Source: an uncultured virus (IMG/VR IMGVR_UViG_2881717282_000001) (lineage: Duplodnaviria > Heunggongvirae > Uroviricota > Caudoviricetes). Taken from it: a stretch of 64,000 nucleotides of DNA. Where the stretch lies: positions 1 to 64,000 of the IMG/VR virus record IMGVR_UViG_2881717282_000001. One strand, 5' to 3'. The position numbers were made by a program, and so were the translations under genes. Positions 40,776 to 51,364 of the stretch are shown here, piece after piece. Position 1 is the stretch's first letter. Every line of letters begins with the position of its first letter. The notes beneath the pieces are model-generated. The model worked only from the letters and a program-made list of their open reading frames with translations. It was not told where the DNA came from and did no database searches.

Positions 40776-41150
40776 ATGTTAGAAAAAACAATCGCTATCG
40801 GTGATAAGCAGGTCAAGTTCCGTTCCTCTGCTACCATCCCCAGACTCTATCGTATGAAGTTCAAGCGTGACATCTTCAAGGACCTTTCACGCCTTGAGTC
40901 TTCCTACAAGGGCAATTCGGATGATGGTTCTTCCTTCGAGATTGAGGACTTGGAGATTTTCGAGAACGTGGCCTATATCATGGCCTATCATGCAGACCAC
41001 AGCATTCCTGCCACCATTGAGGACTGGCTGGATGAATTCGAGATGTTCTCTATCTACGAGGTGCTTCCAGAGATTCTTGAACTCTGGGGCATGAATCTTC
41101 AGACCGAAATCGAATCTAAAAAAAACTTCATCGCAGTAGCAGGGAAATGA
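40776..41150 (+). CDS. Tail assembly chaperone (gpG-like)
   Basis: Between major tail and tape measure genes; slippery A AAA AAC at 41120-41126. Confidence 0.8.
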   Translation: MLEKTIAIGDKQVKFRSSATIPRLYRMKFKRDIFKDLSRLESSYKGNSDDGSSFEIEDLEIFENVAYIMAYHADHSIPATIEDWLDEFEMFSIYEVLPEILELWGMNLQTEIESKKNFIAVAGK

Positions 41151-41311
41151 CCACACCGTTGTTCCTCCTGCGTTGCATAGAAATCGGTATTTCCATCCGA
41201 GACCTTGACCTTCTAACCATCGGAATGGTGATGGACATCTGGACGGAAAAGGCAAACGACGATGTGAAATATCAGCAAATCGCAACACAGGAGGACTTCG
41301 ATAAATTCTAA
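41147..41311 (+). CDS. Tail assembly chaperone -1 frame extension (gpT-like), absent from ORF track
   Basis: -1 frame reads LHRSSREMTTPLFLLRC...QEDFDKF* to TAA 41309-41311. Confidence 0.75.
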   Translation: MTTPLFLLRCIEIGISIRDLDLLTIGMVMDIWTEKANDDVKYQQIATQEDFDKF

Positions 41312-41326
41312 GGAGGTGACGTACAC

Positions 41327-44300
41327 GTGGCAAACCGAATCAAAGGTATCACTGTTGAAATCGGCGGTGATACGACCGGCCTAGATAAAGCCTTAAAGTC
41401 GGTCAATACTTCAATCAAATCCACGCAGTCTGCCCTGAAGGACGTCAACCGCCTCTTGAAGCTGGACCCTTCCAATACGGAACTACTCTCTCAGAAGCAA
41501 CGACTCTTAAAAGATGCCATCGGAGCCACAAAAGAAAAGCTGGATTCCCTCAAGGCAGCACAGGAGCAGGCAAAACAACAGCTGGAAAACGGCGAACTCG
41601 GTCAGGACAAATATGACGCTCTCCAGCGTGAAATCGTAGAGACTGAGGAAGAATTACGACGCCTGCAGCAGGAAGCTGCCACTACAAGCACTGCGCTTTC
41701 TAAAATAGATGTGGCTGGTCAGAAGATGGAGGCCGTTGGTAACTCCATCGCTGGTGCTGGTAAAAAGATGATGGGCGTCACCACTGTAATTGGTGGTGTT
41801 GGTGTCGCCGCAGTAAAGACAGCAGCTGACTTTGACTCCGCTATGAGTCAGGTGGCTGCTGTTTCTGGTGCTACAGGTAAGGACTTCGATGCCCTTCGTA
41901 GCAAAGCCCGTGAGATGGGTTCCAAAACCAAGTTCTCTGCAACAGAAGCAGCCATTGCCATGAACTACATGGCAATGGCTGGCTGGAAAACGGAGGATAT
42001 GCTTGGCGGTATCGAAGGTGTCATGAACTTGGCTGCTGCCTCTGGTGAAGACCTAGCAACAACCTCTGACATCGTGACCGATGCCCTTACTGCTTTCGGA
42101 CTTTCTGCAAAGGACTCCGGCCATTTTGCTGACATCCTCGCTGCAGCATCTTCCAATGCAAATACGAACGTATCCATGATGGGTGAAACCTTCAAATACT
42201 GTGCTCCTATCGCTGGCGCACTTGGTTTCTCTGCTGAGGATACAGCTGAAGCTATCGGTCTTATGGCCAATGCCGGTATCAAGTCTTCTCAGGCAGGTAC
42301 CGCCCTTCGTACTATCATGAATAACCTTGCCGGTGATGTAAAAATTAGTGGTAAGGCTATCGGAGATGTCACAATCGCCACCACAAATGCGGATGGCTCC
42401 ATGCGTGACCTTTCCGATATTTTGGCTGACTGTCGTTCTGCTTTCGGAAACCTAACGGAATCTGAAAAGGCACAAGCTGCAGAATCCCTTGTCGGTAAGA
42501 ATGCCATGTCTGGCTTCCTCGCTCTGATGAATGCTGGCGAGGGCGATATCGAGAAGCTATCCTCTGCAATCGATAACTGTGACGGTTCCGCAGAAAAGAT
42601 GGCTATGACCATGCAGGACAATCTTGCTGGTCAGCTCACCATCTTAAAATCACAGCTTCAGGAGCTTGCCATTTCCTTTGGTGATATCCTGATGCCTGCC
42701 ATCCGTTCTATCGTCTCGAAGCTCCAAGGCTTCGTCGACAAGCTAAACGGCATGGATGAAGGAACCAAAAGGACCGTTGTTACCATTGCGCTTTTGGTCG
42801 CCTCCATCGGACCACTGCTAATTATCATCGGAACGACCATATCGAAAATCGGTGTGGCAATGCAGGGATTCGTAAAACTGGCCAATGGCGTCAGCAAATT
42901 AAAAGTCGCCATCCAAGGCGGAACCGGTGTCCTTGGTAAGCTGGGCGCTGCACTTGGTGGAGTCTCTGCTCCCGTGTTGGCAGTTGTTGCAGTCATCGCT
43001 GTTTTGGTGGCCGCCTTTGTTCATCTTTGGAGGACCAACGAAGGTTTCCGTGATGCCATTATCGGAACATGGAATCGTATCAAAGATACTATTTCTGGCT
43101 TCTGTCAAGGAATCGTAGACAGACTAAATGCGCTAGGATTTCAGTTTACAGATATCGTAGATGTACTAAAAACAGTCTGGGATGGATTTTGTCAGATTCT
43201 CGCTCCTATCTTTGAAGGAGTGTTTAATCACATCGCCAATATCCTCTCCACGGTGACTGGTGTCATCACTGGTATCCTTGATGTCTTTATCGGTATCTTT
43301 ACCGGAAACTGGTCTCAGGCATGGACTGGCGTGAAGGAAATCTTTTCTTCCATCTGGAACGGAATCAGCAGCTTCTTCACCAATATCCTGAATGTCATCA
43401 AGGGTGTTGCAGATGTCGTACTCGGCTGGTTTGGCACTAGCTGGAATGAGGTCTGGACCAATATAAAGACCTTCTTTGAAGGAATCTGGAATGGCATCGT
43501 TTCCTTCTTCACTGGAATCTGGGAGATCATTAAAAACGTCGTTCAGACAGGCATCATGCTGATTGGTTCTATTCTGGAAGCTGCGGTTGATATCATCACT
43601 CTCCCATTCCGCTTTATCTGGGAGAACTGTAAAGAAATTATCATCGCAGTCTGGGATGCTATTAAATCCAAGGTAACAACAGTCATCAATGCAGTGGCAT
43701 CCGTTATCAGCACCGTGATGAATGCCATCAAGACCGTTTTTACTACCGTATGGAATGCAATAAAAACGGTGGTGACCACAGTCGTCAATGCCATCAAATC
43801 TGTCGTAACGACGGTATTCAATGCGATAAAGAGCATAGCGACCACCGTGTGGAATGCAGTAAAAACTGCAGTCACGACTCCGGTCAATGCTATCAAGTCG
43901 ACGGTCACCAGTGTATTTAATTCCGTAAAGAGCACTGTCACCAGTATCTTTAATGGAATTAAATCGACCGCCACCTCGGTATGGAACGGTATAAAATCTG
44001 CTATCACTACTCCTATCGAGGCTGCAAAGAACAAGGTCAAAGGTGTGGTGGATGCCATCAAAGGATTTTTCTCTGGCATGAAGATTTCACTGCCGCATAT
44101 CAAGCTGCCACATTTCAGGGTATCCGGTAAACTTTCCATCGCTCCGCCTTCTGTTCCTCACCTTTCTATCGATTGGTATAAGGAAGGTGGTATCATGACC
44201 AGCCCTACCATCTTTGGTATGAACGGTTCTTCCTTGATGGCTGGTGGTGAGGCCGGTGCAGAAGCAATCCTTCCTCTGGCCGGTTTCTACAAGCAGCTGG

Positions 44301-44479
44301 AAGCGATGATTTCCAATCATCTCAATACCAGTGCAATGGAAAAATATCTGGCGGTCATCGCAGATAATTCCAGCAAGGGTATCTACCTTGAGGACGGTAC
44401 ACTCGTAGGCCATCTGCTCCCGGCAATCGACGGTGAGCTTGGCAAAGCCCAAAAACTACAAAGGAGGCTCAGTCTATGA
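41327..44479 (+). CDS. Tape measure protein (TP901 family)
   Basis: IKGITVEIGGDT, FDSAMSQV, TKFSATEAA, W/F periodic repeats. Confidence 0.95.
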   Translation: MANRIKGITVEIGGDTTGLDKALKSVNTSIKSTQSALKDVNRLLKLDPSNTELLSQKQRLLKDAIGATKEKLDSLKAAQEQAKQQLENGELGQDKYDALQREIVETEEELRRLQQEAATTSTALSKIDVAGQKMEAVGNSIAGAGKKMMGVTTVIGGVGVAAVKTAADFDSAMSQVAAVSGATGKDFDALRSKAREMGSKTKFSATEAAIAMNYMAMAGWKTEDMLGGIEGVMNLAAASGEDLATTSDIVTDALTAFGLSAKDSGHFADILAAASSNANTNVSMMGETFKYCAPIAGALGFSAEDTAEAIGLMANAGIKSSQAGTALRTIMNNLAGDVKISGKAIGDVTIATTNADGSMRDLSDILADCRSAFGNLTESEKAQAAESLVGKNAMSGFLALMNAGEGDIEKLSSAIDNCDGSAEKMAMTMQDNLAGQLTILKSQLQELAISFGDILMPAIRSIVSKLQGFVDKLNGMDEGTKRTVVTIALLVASIGPLLIIIGTTISKIGVAMQGFVKLANGVSKLKVAIQGGTGVLGKLGAALGGVSAPVLAVVAVIAVLVAAFVHLWRTNEGFRDAIIGTWNRIKDTISGFCQGIVDRLNALGFQFTDIVDVLKTVWDGFCQILAPIFEGVFNHIANILSTVTGVITGILDVFIGIFTGNWSQAWTGVKEIFSSIWNGISSFFTNILNVIKGVADVVLGWFGTSWNEVWTNIKTFFEGIWNGIVSFFTGIWEIIKNVVQTGIMLIGSILEAAVDIITLPFRFIWENCKEIIIAVWDAIKSKVTTVINAVASVISTVMNAIKTVFTTVWNAIKTVVTTVVNAIKSVVTTVFNAIKSIATTVWNAVKTAVTTPVNAIKSTVTSVFNSVKSTVTSIFNGIKSTATSVWNGIKSAITTPIEAAKNKVKGVVDAIKGFFSGMKISLPHIKLPHFRVSGKLSIAPPSVPHLSIDWYKEGGIMTSPTIFGMNGSSLMAGGEAGAEAILPLAGFYKQLEAMISNHLNTSAMEKYLAVIADNSSKGIYLEDGTLVGHLLPAIDGELGKAQKLQRRLSL

Positions 44480-45126
44480 CACCTGATATCAGATTAAACG
44501 GAGCATCAGTCGCTGGCATGGGCTGGCTCCGAGAAACTATCTCCTTTCCCGTGCCGCAGTCGCAAACCAATACGATTGTGGTGCCGGGAAGGAATTCTCC
44601 CATTCGTTATACAGAAGCTCTGGGGCGTGTATCGTATCAGCCTCGGAGCTTTTCTTTGACGTTTTCCATGCTGGGAACCAGAACAAAATATGACCAGATG
44701 ATTGCTGAGATAGCAAACCGCTATGCCGGTCAGCTCGTAAAGGTATCGACCAGCGAAGAACCTGAGCTTTATGCTATCGGAACCTTGGAGATTACTTCGG
44801 AATATGACCCTATCTCCGGAAAAGGTCAGCTGGTGATTGCCAGTGAGGATGCCGACTCTTATCGCTATCACATTGATGAGACGGTCGTTAACCTGACTGG
44901 TTCCGGCACTCTTATCATCGAAAATGACTTTATGCCTGTGGTCCCAGTCATCACGACCACAGCAGAAACAGCTCTTAGCTGGAGCATCGGCAGTGATACT
45001 TTTAGGAAGTCTCTCAGTGCTGGCACTTGGACGCTTCCAGAATTTGAGCTACAAGCTGGCAGGAATACCGTCACCATCAAAGGAACCGGTACGACGACCT
45101 TCCGCTTCAGGGAGGGACGCCTATGA
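44476..45126 (+). CDS. Distal tail (Dit)-like protein
   Basis: Follows tape measure gene; VPGRN, LQAGRNTV. Confidence 0.7.
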   Translation: MTPDIRLNGASVAGMGWLRETISFPVPQSQTNTIVVPGRNSPIRYTEALGRVSYQPRSFSLTFSMLGTRTKYDQMIAEIANRYAGQLVKVSTSEEPELYAIGTLEITSEYDPISGKGQLVIASEDADSYRYHIDETVVNLTGSGTLIIENDFMPVVPVITTTAETALSWSIGSDTFRKSLSAGTWTLPEFELQAGRNTVTIKGTGTTTFRFREGRL

Positions 45127-46580
45127 GTATCTTTCGTATATATGTTGATGGTCAGCTTTTCTATCATCCGCAGTTATCCCAGCTTGCTATTACAGAAGCA
45201 AAGATGACCGAGGATGCAGAAAACATCGACAGCCTGACACTGTCTGCCCCTTTTAATCATCCTTATCTGGATTCCATCCACCCGATGGCATCCACCATTG
45301 TTTGCAAAAAGGATGACAACACCGTATTTGAAGGCCGTGCTCTAAATGACGGCAGCGATTTTTACAATACGCATACTTGGACCTGTGAGTCGGCTCTTGC
45401 CTATCTCAAGGATAGTCAGCAGCCGCCCTTCTCCTATAAGGGGACCCTCGAAGGCCTGCTGGAGTATTTCCTGTCCGTGCACAATAAGGCCGTTGAAGAA
45501 AAGAAGCGTTTCAAACTTGGTAATATCACCGTCACGGATAACAACGACTATATCAGCTACAGCAATTCCGAGTATTCCTGCACATTGGATGCCATCAAAA
45601 GTAAGCTCATCAATACGCATGGCGGCTACTTGATGGTCCGTTACACAGATTCCGGGAAGATTCTGGATTACCTTGCTGAGTTCAATGTTCATTCTATCCA
45701 GACTGTGGAATATGGCAAAAACCTCATGGATGTCAAAATTACCCGTGACCATACAGAGCGAATCACTGCTCTCATCCCACTTGGGGCAAAGAAAAAGACC
45801 ACCGATGAAGAAGGAAATGAGGTCGAATCCGATGAACGTATCGACATCACCTCTGTAAACGGTGGCCAAAATTATATCTACGATGATGCCGCTGTAAAAG
45901 AAATCGGCTGGATATGGACCACGGAAGTCTGGGAAAATGTCACGCTTCCGGGAAACCTGCTCCGCAAAGCCAATGCTCGTCTGGCAGAGCTTATCGCCGG
46001 TATCACAAGCATGGAGCTGACCATTGTAGATGAATCAGACACCGGAGCTGATATCGGCAGCATCCACGCCAGACAATTTGTGGACTGCCTGTCTCTGCCT
46101 CATGGCATTGATGGGCGCTACGCCTGCATGAGCAAGACCGTAGATTACTTAAATCCTTCTGGCAACACCATCACCATTGGAGCCAGCGGTATCAAGCTGA
46201 CTACGATTTCTGCAAAGCAAAATGAAAACCTTACAGCCATCGAAGATGAACTGCTCGGTCAGACTGCTACTATTGAGGGTATTTCCGGTAAGGTCGATGG
46301 CATCGCTGCTTCTAAGATGTACCGCACGGAGCTCATCGTGGATGGCGTCAGCATCTTTAAGGACAAAGACCAGAATAGTCGTCTTTCCTGCAAGGTGTAC
46401 TCATGGGATAAGGATATCACTGCAACTCTTCCGGATACTGCTTTTGTCTGGCATAGGAAATCCGGTAATGAGGAATCGGATGCACAGTGGGATTCCACCC
46501 ACACTGGAATGAAATCAATCATCGTAACCACAGAGGATGTACAGGATAATGCATCCTTCTACTGTGAAGTATCTGTATAA
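45123..46580 (+). CDS. Baseplate hub / Tal-like tail protein
   Basis: YGKNL, TALIPLG; synteny. Confidence 0.75.
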   Translation: MSIFRIYVDGQLFYHPQLSQLAITEAKMTEDAENIDSLTLSAPFNHPYLDSIHPMASTIVCKKDDNTVFEGRALNDGSDFYNTHTWTCESALAYLKDSQQPPFSYKGTLEGLLEYFLSVHNKAVEEKKRFKLGNITVTDNNDYISYSNSEYSCTLDAIKSKLINTHGGYLMVRYTDSGKILDYLAEFNVHSIQTVEYGKNLMDVKITRDHTERITALIPLGAKKKTTDEEGNEVESDERIDITSVNGGQNYIYDDAAVKEIGWIWTTEVWENVTLPGNLLRKANARLAELIAGITSMELTIVDESDTGADIGSIHARQFVDCLSLPHGIDGRYACMSKTVDYLNPSGNTITIGASGIKLTTISAKQNENLTAIEDELLGQTATIEGISGKVDGIAASKMYRTELIVDGVSIFKDKDQNSRLSCKVYSWDKDITATLPDTAFVWHRKSGNEESDAQWDSTHTGMKSIIVTTEDVQDNASFYCEVSV

Positions 46581-46594
46581 AGGAGGGCCAGAAA

Positions 46595-48409
46595 ATGCCT
46601 ACAATCTTAACTTCCAGCCAGCAGACCTTCGTGGACATTACAGACCAACGAAAGCTGTCGGCTTATATCACTTCCAATCTGCCTAAGACGCAGAGCGAAA
46701 ACCCGAATGTGCTGCCTCACACCTACGCACCAAGCTGGGTCAGCACAAATCTTACACTGACGCCGGTCGTTTTCCTTGACCAGACCAATGTGGCTCTTAA
46801 CTCCTCTGGTCTGACTATTACATGGAAACGTAAGGACGGAAGCGGCGCTGAGACAGCACTGAATTCCAATGAGAAAGTTACCGGAGGAATCCTGAAGGTC
46901 AACAGCAATGTGCTGGCTACCTCTTCCACCGGGATGATTACCTACATCTGCTATATCAGCTACTACGATTCCGAGACCAAGAACACGGTCAATATCACAT
47001 CGGATATTACCTACACTTTGGTGCGCAATGCAGAGAACGCAAAGCTCGCCTATGTGACAGCGGATACCTATGTATTCAAGTACAATGCTTCTTCTGCGCT
47101 CGTTGGTGCTTCTCAGGCAACCTTGACAGCTCAGATTCAGGGTGTCTCCATTTCCAAGTGGCAGTATAAAAACAGCTCTGGTGCATGGGCAGATTATCCG
47201 ACAACCTCCGACAATACCAGCATCACGGGTGGAACGCTCGTCGTAAAGCCTGCGCACACCGTATTCGTCGATAATGTCGCTCAAATCAAGCTCCTTACAG
47301 ACGATGCAGATGTTTATGACACCATTTCTATTACCAAGATGTATGACGGCAGCAAAGGCTCTCCGGGTTCTCCGGGTGCAGCAGGAACCGGCGGACTTTC
47401 TATCATTCTCGGTAATGAGGCCCAGACCATTGCGTGCTCCTCTTCTGGTGCAGCAACTGCAGCTCTTGATATCACGATTCCGTTTACCGGATATGTTGGC
47501 ATCACACAGACTGCCTGTACCTGCTCCGTTGGAACGCTGCCTTCTGGTATGACCCTAAAGACCAATACTGCGGCAACTGCATCTGCTGCTGGTTCCATCG
47601 TTCTTTCTGTTGCAGCATCTGCTACACTCGGCGGTGCAAATGTGGTCAACGGTACCGTTGATTTGACCTTCACTATCTCTGGAAAAACAGTTGTGAAGAA
47701 GTTTGCATGGGCCAAGTCCACCAGAGGAAGTAATGGTACCAGTGCTGTTGTCTTCTCCGTTTATGCGCCAAACGGCACTATCGTGATGAACCAGTCCGGC
47801 AGCCTGTCACTTGCAACCTCTGCCTATTCTGGAACGACTGCTATCACCAGTGCTACTTATCAGTGGGCAAAGTACACTGGCGGCAAATGGACCAATATCT
47901 CCGGTGCGACCTCCGCTACCTTGACGGTCTCTGGAAGCGACATCGTAAACATTCAGTCCTACCGCTGCACGATGACCTATGGCGGCAAGTCCTATGTAGA
48001 TGTCATCACTGTTGAAGATAAATCTGACCCGTATGTATCTGAGCTTCTTTCTATCGGAGGCTTTACGGTAAAGAACAATCAGGGTGGTGTCTGCCCTTAC
48101 GTTATCGTCCGCACCAATCAGCAGGAAGTGGATGCGCTGCTCGGCCCTATCAGTGAGACAGCACCTTCCAATCCTGCGACCGGTGCCTTCTGGTATAAAA
48201 TCAGTCACTCAGCAAAGACCGTCACGCTCCAGAAATATTCTGGCAGCGCTTGGGCGGATGCCACAGAAAAGCAGTCTCTGACCTATAACTGGTATGCACA
48301 GGATAAGGATGGCAATGCAGTCACCTTTGGTAAGACTGGCAAGGTCATCTATCTCTCCGCTGCCGATATCGACAGCTTGCTGACACTGCAGTGTGATATT
48401 TCCAACTAG
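46595..48409 (+). CDS. Minor tail protein with Ig-like beta-rich domains
   Basis: S/T-rich; TYQW..WTNISGATSATL..YRC. Confidence 0.7.
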   Translation: MPTILTSSQQTFVDITDQRKLSAYITSNLPKTQSENPNVLPHTYAPSWVSTNLTLTPVVFLDQTNVALNSSGLTITWKRKDGSGAETALNSNEKVTGGILKVNSNVLATSSTGMITYICYISYYDSETKNTVNITSDITYTLVRNAENAKLAYVTADTYVFKYNASSALVGASQATLTAQIQGVSISKWQYKNSSGAWADYPTTSDNTSITGGTLVVKPAHTVFVDNVAQIKLLTDDADVYDTISITKMYDGSKGSPGSPGAAGTGGLSIILGNEAQTIACSSSGAATAALDITIPFTGYVGITQTACTCSVGTLPSGMTLKTNTAATASAAGSIVLSVAASATLGGANVVNGTVDLTFTISGKTVVKKFAWAKSTRGSNGTSAVVFSVYAPNGTIVMNQSGSLSLATSAYSGTTAITSATYQWAKYTGGKWTNISGATSATLTVSGSDIVNIQSYRCTMTYGGKSYVDVITVEDKSDPYVSELLSIGGFTVKNNQGGVCPYVIVRTNQQEVDALLGPISETAPSNPATGAFWYKISHSAKTVTLQKYSGSAWADATEKQSLTYNWYAQDKDGNAVTFGKTGKVIYLSAADIDSLLTLQCDISN

Positions 48410-48420
48410 GAGGTGGTCCT

Positions 48421-48969
48421 ATGGCACTTATCACTTCCTGTCAGGCCTCTTTCCAGAATGTTGCTGGATACGAGGATGACATCGCAGCCCTTCAGGAAAA
48501 TGTGCGTGAGTGCTATTCGGAGATTTCAAAATCCTCAGAGCAGATTCGTCTCGCTGTCCGTGAAGATTATATCTCACGCTCGGAAATGGCAACTATCCAG
48601 CAGGATTTCCAATCTACGATTACACAAAACAGTAGCGAAATCCGTATGGACTTCTCCACTATCACAGACGAACTGAAGGACAATATCGCTACCAATCAAG
48701 AGCTCCTTGAAGAATATATCCGCTTCAAAGGAGCTCTTATTGAGCTTGGCAAGGTCGGAAACGCCTTCACTGCCGAGCTCTCCAACAATGAACTGGCCTT
48801 CAAAGAGAACGGTCAGAAAATCGCATATATCTCCAATAACAGCTTGGTCATCACCAATGCGGAGATTCGTAACAAACTATCCCTTGGAAATGAGACCAGA
48901 GGATGGTTTGATTTTATCCCAAGAAGTAACGGTAACCTCTCTATCAAATGGAGAGGCCCGGCATCGTAA
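48421..48969 (+). CDS. Minor tail protein
   Basis: Coiled N-half, YIRF, NGNLS; tail module. Confidence 0.65.
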   Translation: MALITSCQASFQNVAGYEDDIAALQENVRECYSEISKSSEQIRLAVREDYISRSEMATIQQDFQSTITQNSSEIRMDFSTITDELKDNIATNQELLEEYIRFKGALIELGKVGNAFTAELSNNELAFKENGQKIAYISNNSLVITNAEIRNKLSLGNETRGWFDFIPRSNGNLSIKWRGPAS

Positions 48970-48983
48970 AGGAGTGATTCATT

Positions 48984-50879
48984 ATGGCTTCCAGCGGAAG
49001 TATTACAACCGGCCAGAAAGAAGGCCGCTCTGTTACTCTCTCTTGGACATTGTCCAGTCAGAATATAGCAAACAATACATCAACTATTGCATGGACCCTC
49101 AAAGGTTCTGGCTCTGCAAGCGGCTGGGTCATGTCTGGTGGATTTAAGGCTGTTATCAATGGTACTACGGTTTATTCATCGTCTACGGATAACCGTATCC
49201 AGCTGAAAAATGGCACTGTTGTTGCCTCCGGCTCTTTGACCATCGCTCATAATTCGGATGGTACAAAATCCTTCAATCTGAGTTGCGAGGCCGGTGTTTA
49301 TACCTATGCAGTCAGTGTTTCAGCAAGTGGAACACATACGCTGAATACCATTCCAAGAGCCTCCTCGGTAACAGCCACCTCAGTGAATATGGGAAGCGCC
49401 ACAACGATTACTATCTCAAGGGCTTCTTCCTCCTTCACCCATACGCTGACCTATGCCTTTGGCAATTCTACAGGTACCATCACGACAAAGACCACCTCTA
49501 CCTCGGTATCATGGACACCAGCTCTCACACTGGCAAATCAGATACCAAGCACGACAAGCGGTACTTGTACGATTACCTGCGATACCTACAATGGCTCATC
49601 TAAGATTGGAACCAAAACCTGCACGCTAACTTTGACGGTTCCTTCCTCCGTCAAGCCTACCATCAGCAGTCTGACTGCTACTCGTGTGGACGGCTCTGTC
49701 CCTGCCGCTTGGGGTATCTATGTGCAGTCGAAGTCGAAAGCAACGCTAACGATAAATGGTGCTGCTGGAATCTACGGTTCCACTATAAAGTCCTACAGTA
49801 TCAGTGGTGGCGGCTACTCTGGAACACAGAGTTCACTCACGACAGGCTTCCTTAACTCATCCGGAACGATTACCTTCACAGCAACCGTAACAGACTCCAG
49901 AGGAAGAACCTCTGCTGCAGCAACCGTGTCGATTTCTGTCATTGCCTACAGTCCACCTTCTTTTAGTTCCTACAACTCACAGCGTTGTAATAGTGGAGGC
50001 ACGCTCACCGATGATGGAACCTACATCAAAGGAACGGTATCCTACAGCTTTGCTTCCTGCAGCTCCAAGAATACAGTGACTCGCTCCACCTACTACCGAG
50101 TCTCCGGAAGCAGCACGTGGACCAATGCCTCTGCCAGCTTCAATTCCGGTACGGCCTTCACCTTTGGTGGCGGTAAGATTTCCACCGAGACCTCCTATGA
50201 GGTCCGCTATGATTTGAAGGATGCATTCTCAACTATCAGCATCACTGACATCGTATCTACGGCATCGGTAGTCATGGACTTTAAAAGTGGTGGCAAGGGT
50301 GTGGCCGTTGGTAAGGTATCTGAAACAGACAATTGCTTTGAGGTATCTGAAAAATGGGATGTAAAGGTCTACGGCAAATTGCTGAAGGATTACATCAAGG
50401 AATTCACAGGTGCTCTTTATCCTGTCGGAAGTATCTACATGAGTGTCAAGAATACCAACCCTTCCACCTACTTTGGAGGCACTTGGGTGGCTTGGGGAAC
50501 GGGCCGTGTTCCAGTCGGTGTGAATGCAAACGACACAAACTTTGCAACAGTAGAAAAAACAGGTGGTGCTTCTACTGTCACACTGACCACAGCGCAGATG
50601 CCTTCTCATACGCATGCAAAAGGTACGCTGGCAACAGCAAACGCTGGTGGGCATACCCATGACTTAAAGAACCAGAAAGCCTCATGGGGTACCAGCGGTG
50701 GCAATCGAGTGCTTATCGACGCCACTTCCGGCTATACTGCTGTCAGCAACAAGACAACTACCAGCGCCGGTTCTCACTCGCACACTGTCTCTGGTTCCAC
50801 TGCCGCAGCTGGTTCCGGCAGTGCCCACAATAACCTGCAGCCCTATATCACATGCTACATGTGGAAAAGGACTGCTTAA
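48984..50879 (+). CDS. Tail fibre / receptor-binding protein (DUF859-like)
   Basis: HNSDGTK, TIPRAS, DSRGR, YPVGSIYMS, HNNLQPYITCYMWKRTA. Confidence 0.8.
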   Translation: MASSGSITTGQKEGRSVTLSWTLSSQNIANNTSTIAWTLKGSGSASGWVMSGGFKAVINGTTVYSSSTDNRIQLKNGTVVASGSLTIAHNSDGTKSFNLSCEAGVYTYAVSVSASGTHTLNTIPRASSVTATSVNMGSATTITISRASSSFTHTLTYAFGNSTGTITTKTTSTSVSWTPALTLANQIPSTTSGTCTITCDTYNGSSKIGTKTCTLTLTVPSSVKPTISSLTATRVDGSVPAAWGIYVQSKSKATLTINGAAGIYGSTIKSYSISGGGYSGTQSSLTTGFLNSSGTITFTATVTDSRGRTSAAATVSISVIAYSPPSFSSYNSQRCNSGGTLTDDGTYIKGTVSYSFASCSSKNTVTRSTYYRVSGSSTWTNASASFNSGTAFTFGGGKISTETSYEVRYDLKDAFSTISITDIVSTASVVMDFKSGGKGVAVGKVSETDNCFEVSEKWDVKVYGKLLKDYIKEFTGALYPVGSIYMSVKNTNPSTYFGGTWVAWGTGRVPVGVNANDTNFATVEKTGGASTVTLTTAQMPSHTHAKGTLATANAGGHTHDLKNQKASWGTSGGNRVLIDATSGYTAVSNKTTTSAGSHSHTVSGSTAAAGSGSAHNNLQPYITCYMWKRTA

Positions 50880-50949
50880 TTTTTATCCGCAGCTATCAGA
50901 TGGTAGCTGCTTTTCTTATATCTAATTTCAGAAATGGAGGTACTTATCA

Positions 50950-51363
50950 ATGAAAGAATTCTGGAACACGATTCAACTCGTCTTTACCGGCATTGGCGGC
51001 TGGCTCGGCTACTTCCTCGGAGGTTGGGATGGATTGCTCTACGCACTCATCGCATTTGTAGCCATCGACTATGTCACTGGCGTCATGTGCGCCATTAGTA
51101 ATCACACCCTCTCCAGCGAGGTCGGCTTCAAAGGTATCTGTAGAAAGGTGCTTATTTTCTTGCTCGTTGGCATTGGCAGTATTCTTGATGCTCACGTCAT
51201 CGGCTCTGGCAGTGTTCTTCGTACAGCGGTCATCTTCTTCTACATTTCCAATGAAGGTGTCAGCATTCTGGAAAACGCTGCTCGTCTCGGACTTCCGGTC
51301 CCTGAAAAAATCAAAGTCGTATTAGAACAGCTTCACGACAGAAGCGCAAAGGATGGTGAATAA
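50950..51363 (+). CDS. Holin (phage_holin_4 type)
   Basis: DYVTG, SSEVGFKG..RK, FFYISNEGVSILEN, GLPVP. Confidence 0.9.
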   Translation: MKEFWNTIQLVFTGIGGWLGYFLGGWDGLLYALIAFVAIDYVTGVMCAISNHTLSSEVGFKGICRKVLIFLLVGIGSILDAHVIGSGSVLRTAVIFFYISNEGVSILENAARLGLPVPEKIKVVLEQLHDRSAKDGE

Positions 51364-51364
51364 A

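Noticed and set aside
43600..44060. Periodic repeats in the tape measure gene
   Set aside because: Ordinary 11-residue W/F-NAIK periodicity of tape measure proteins
46595..50879. Diversity-generating retroelement or invertible tail-fibre cassette
   Set aside because: No reverse transcriptase, template/variable repeat pair or inverted fibre fragments seen
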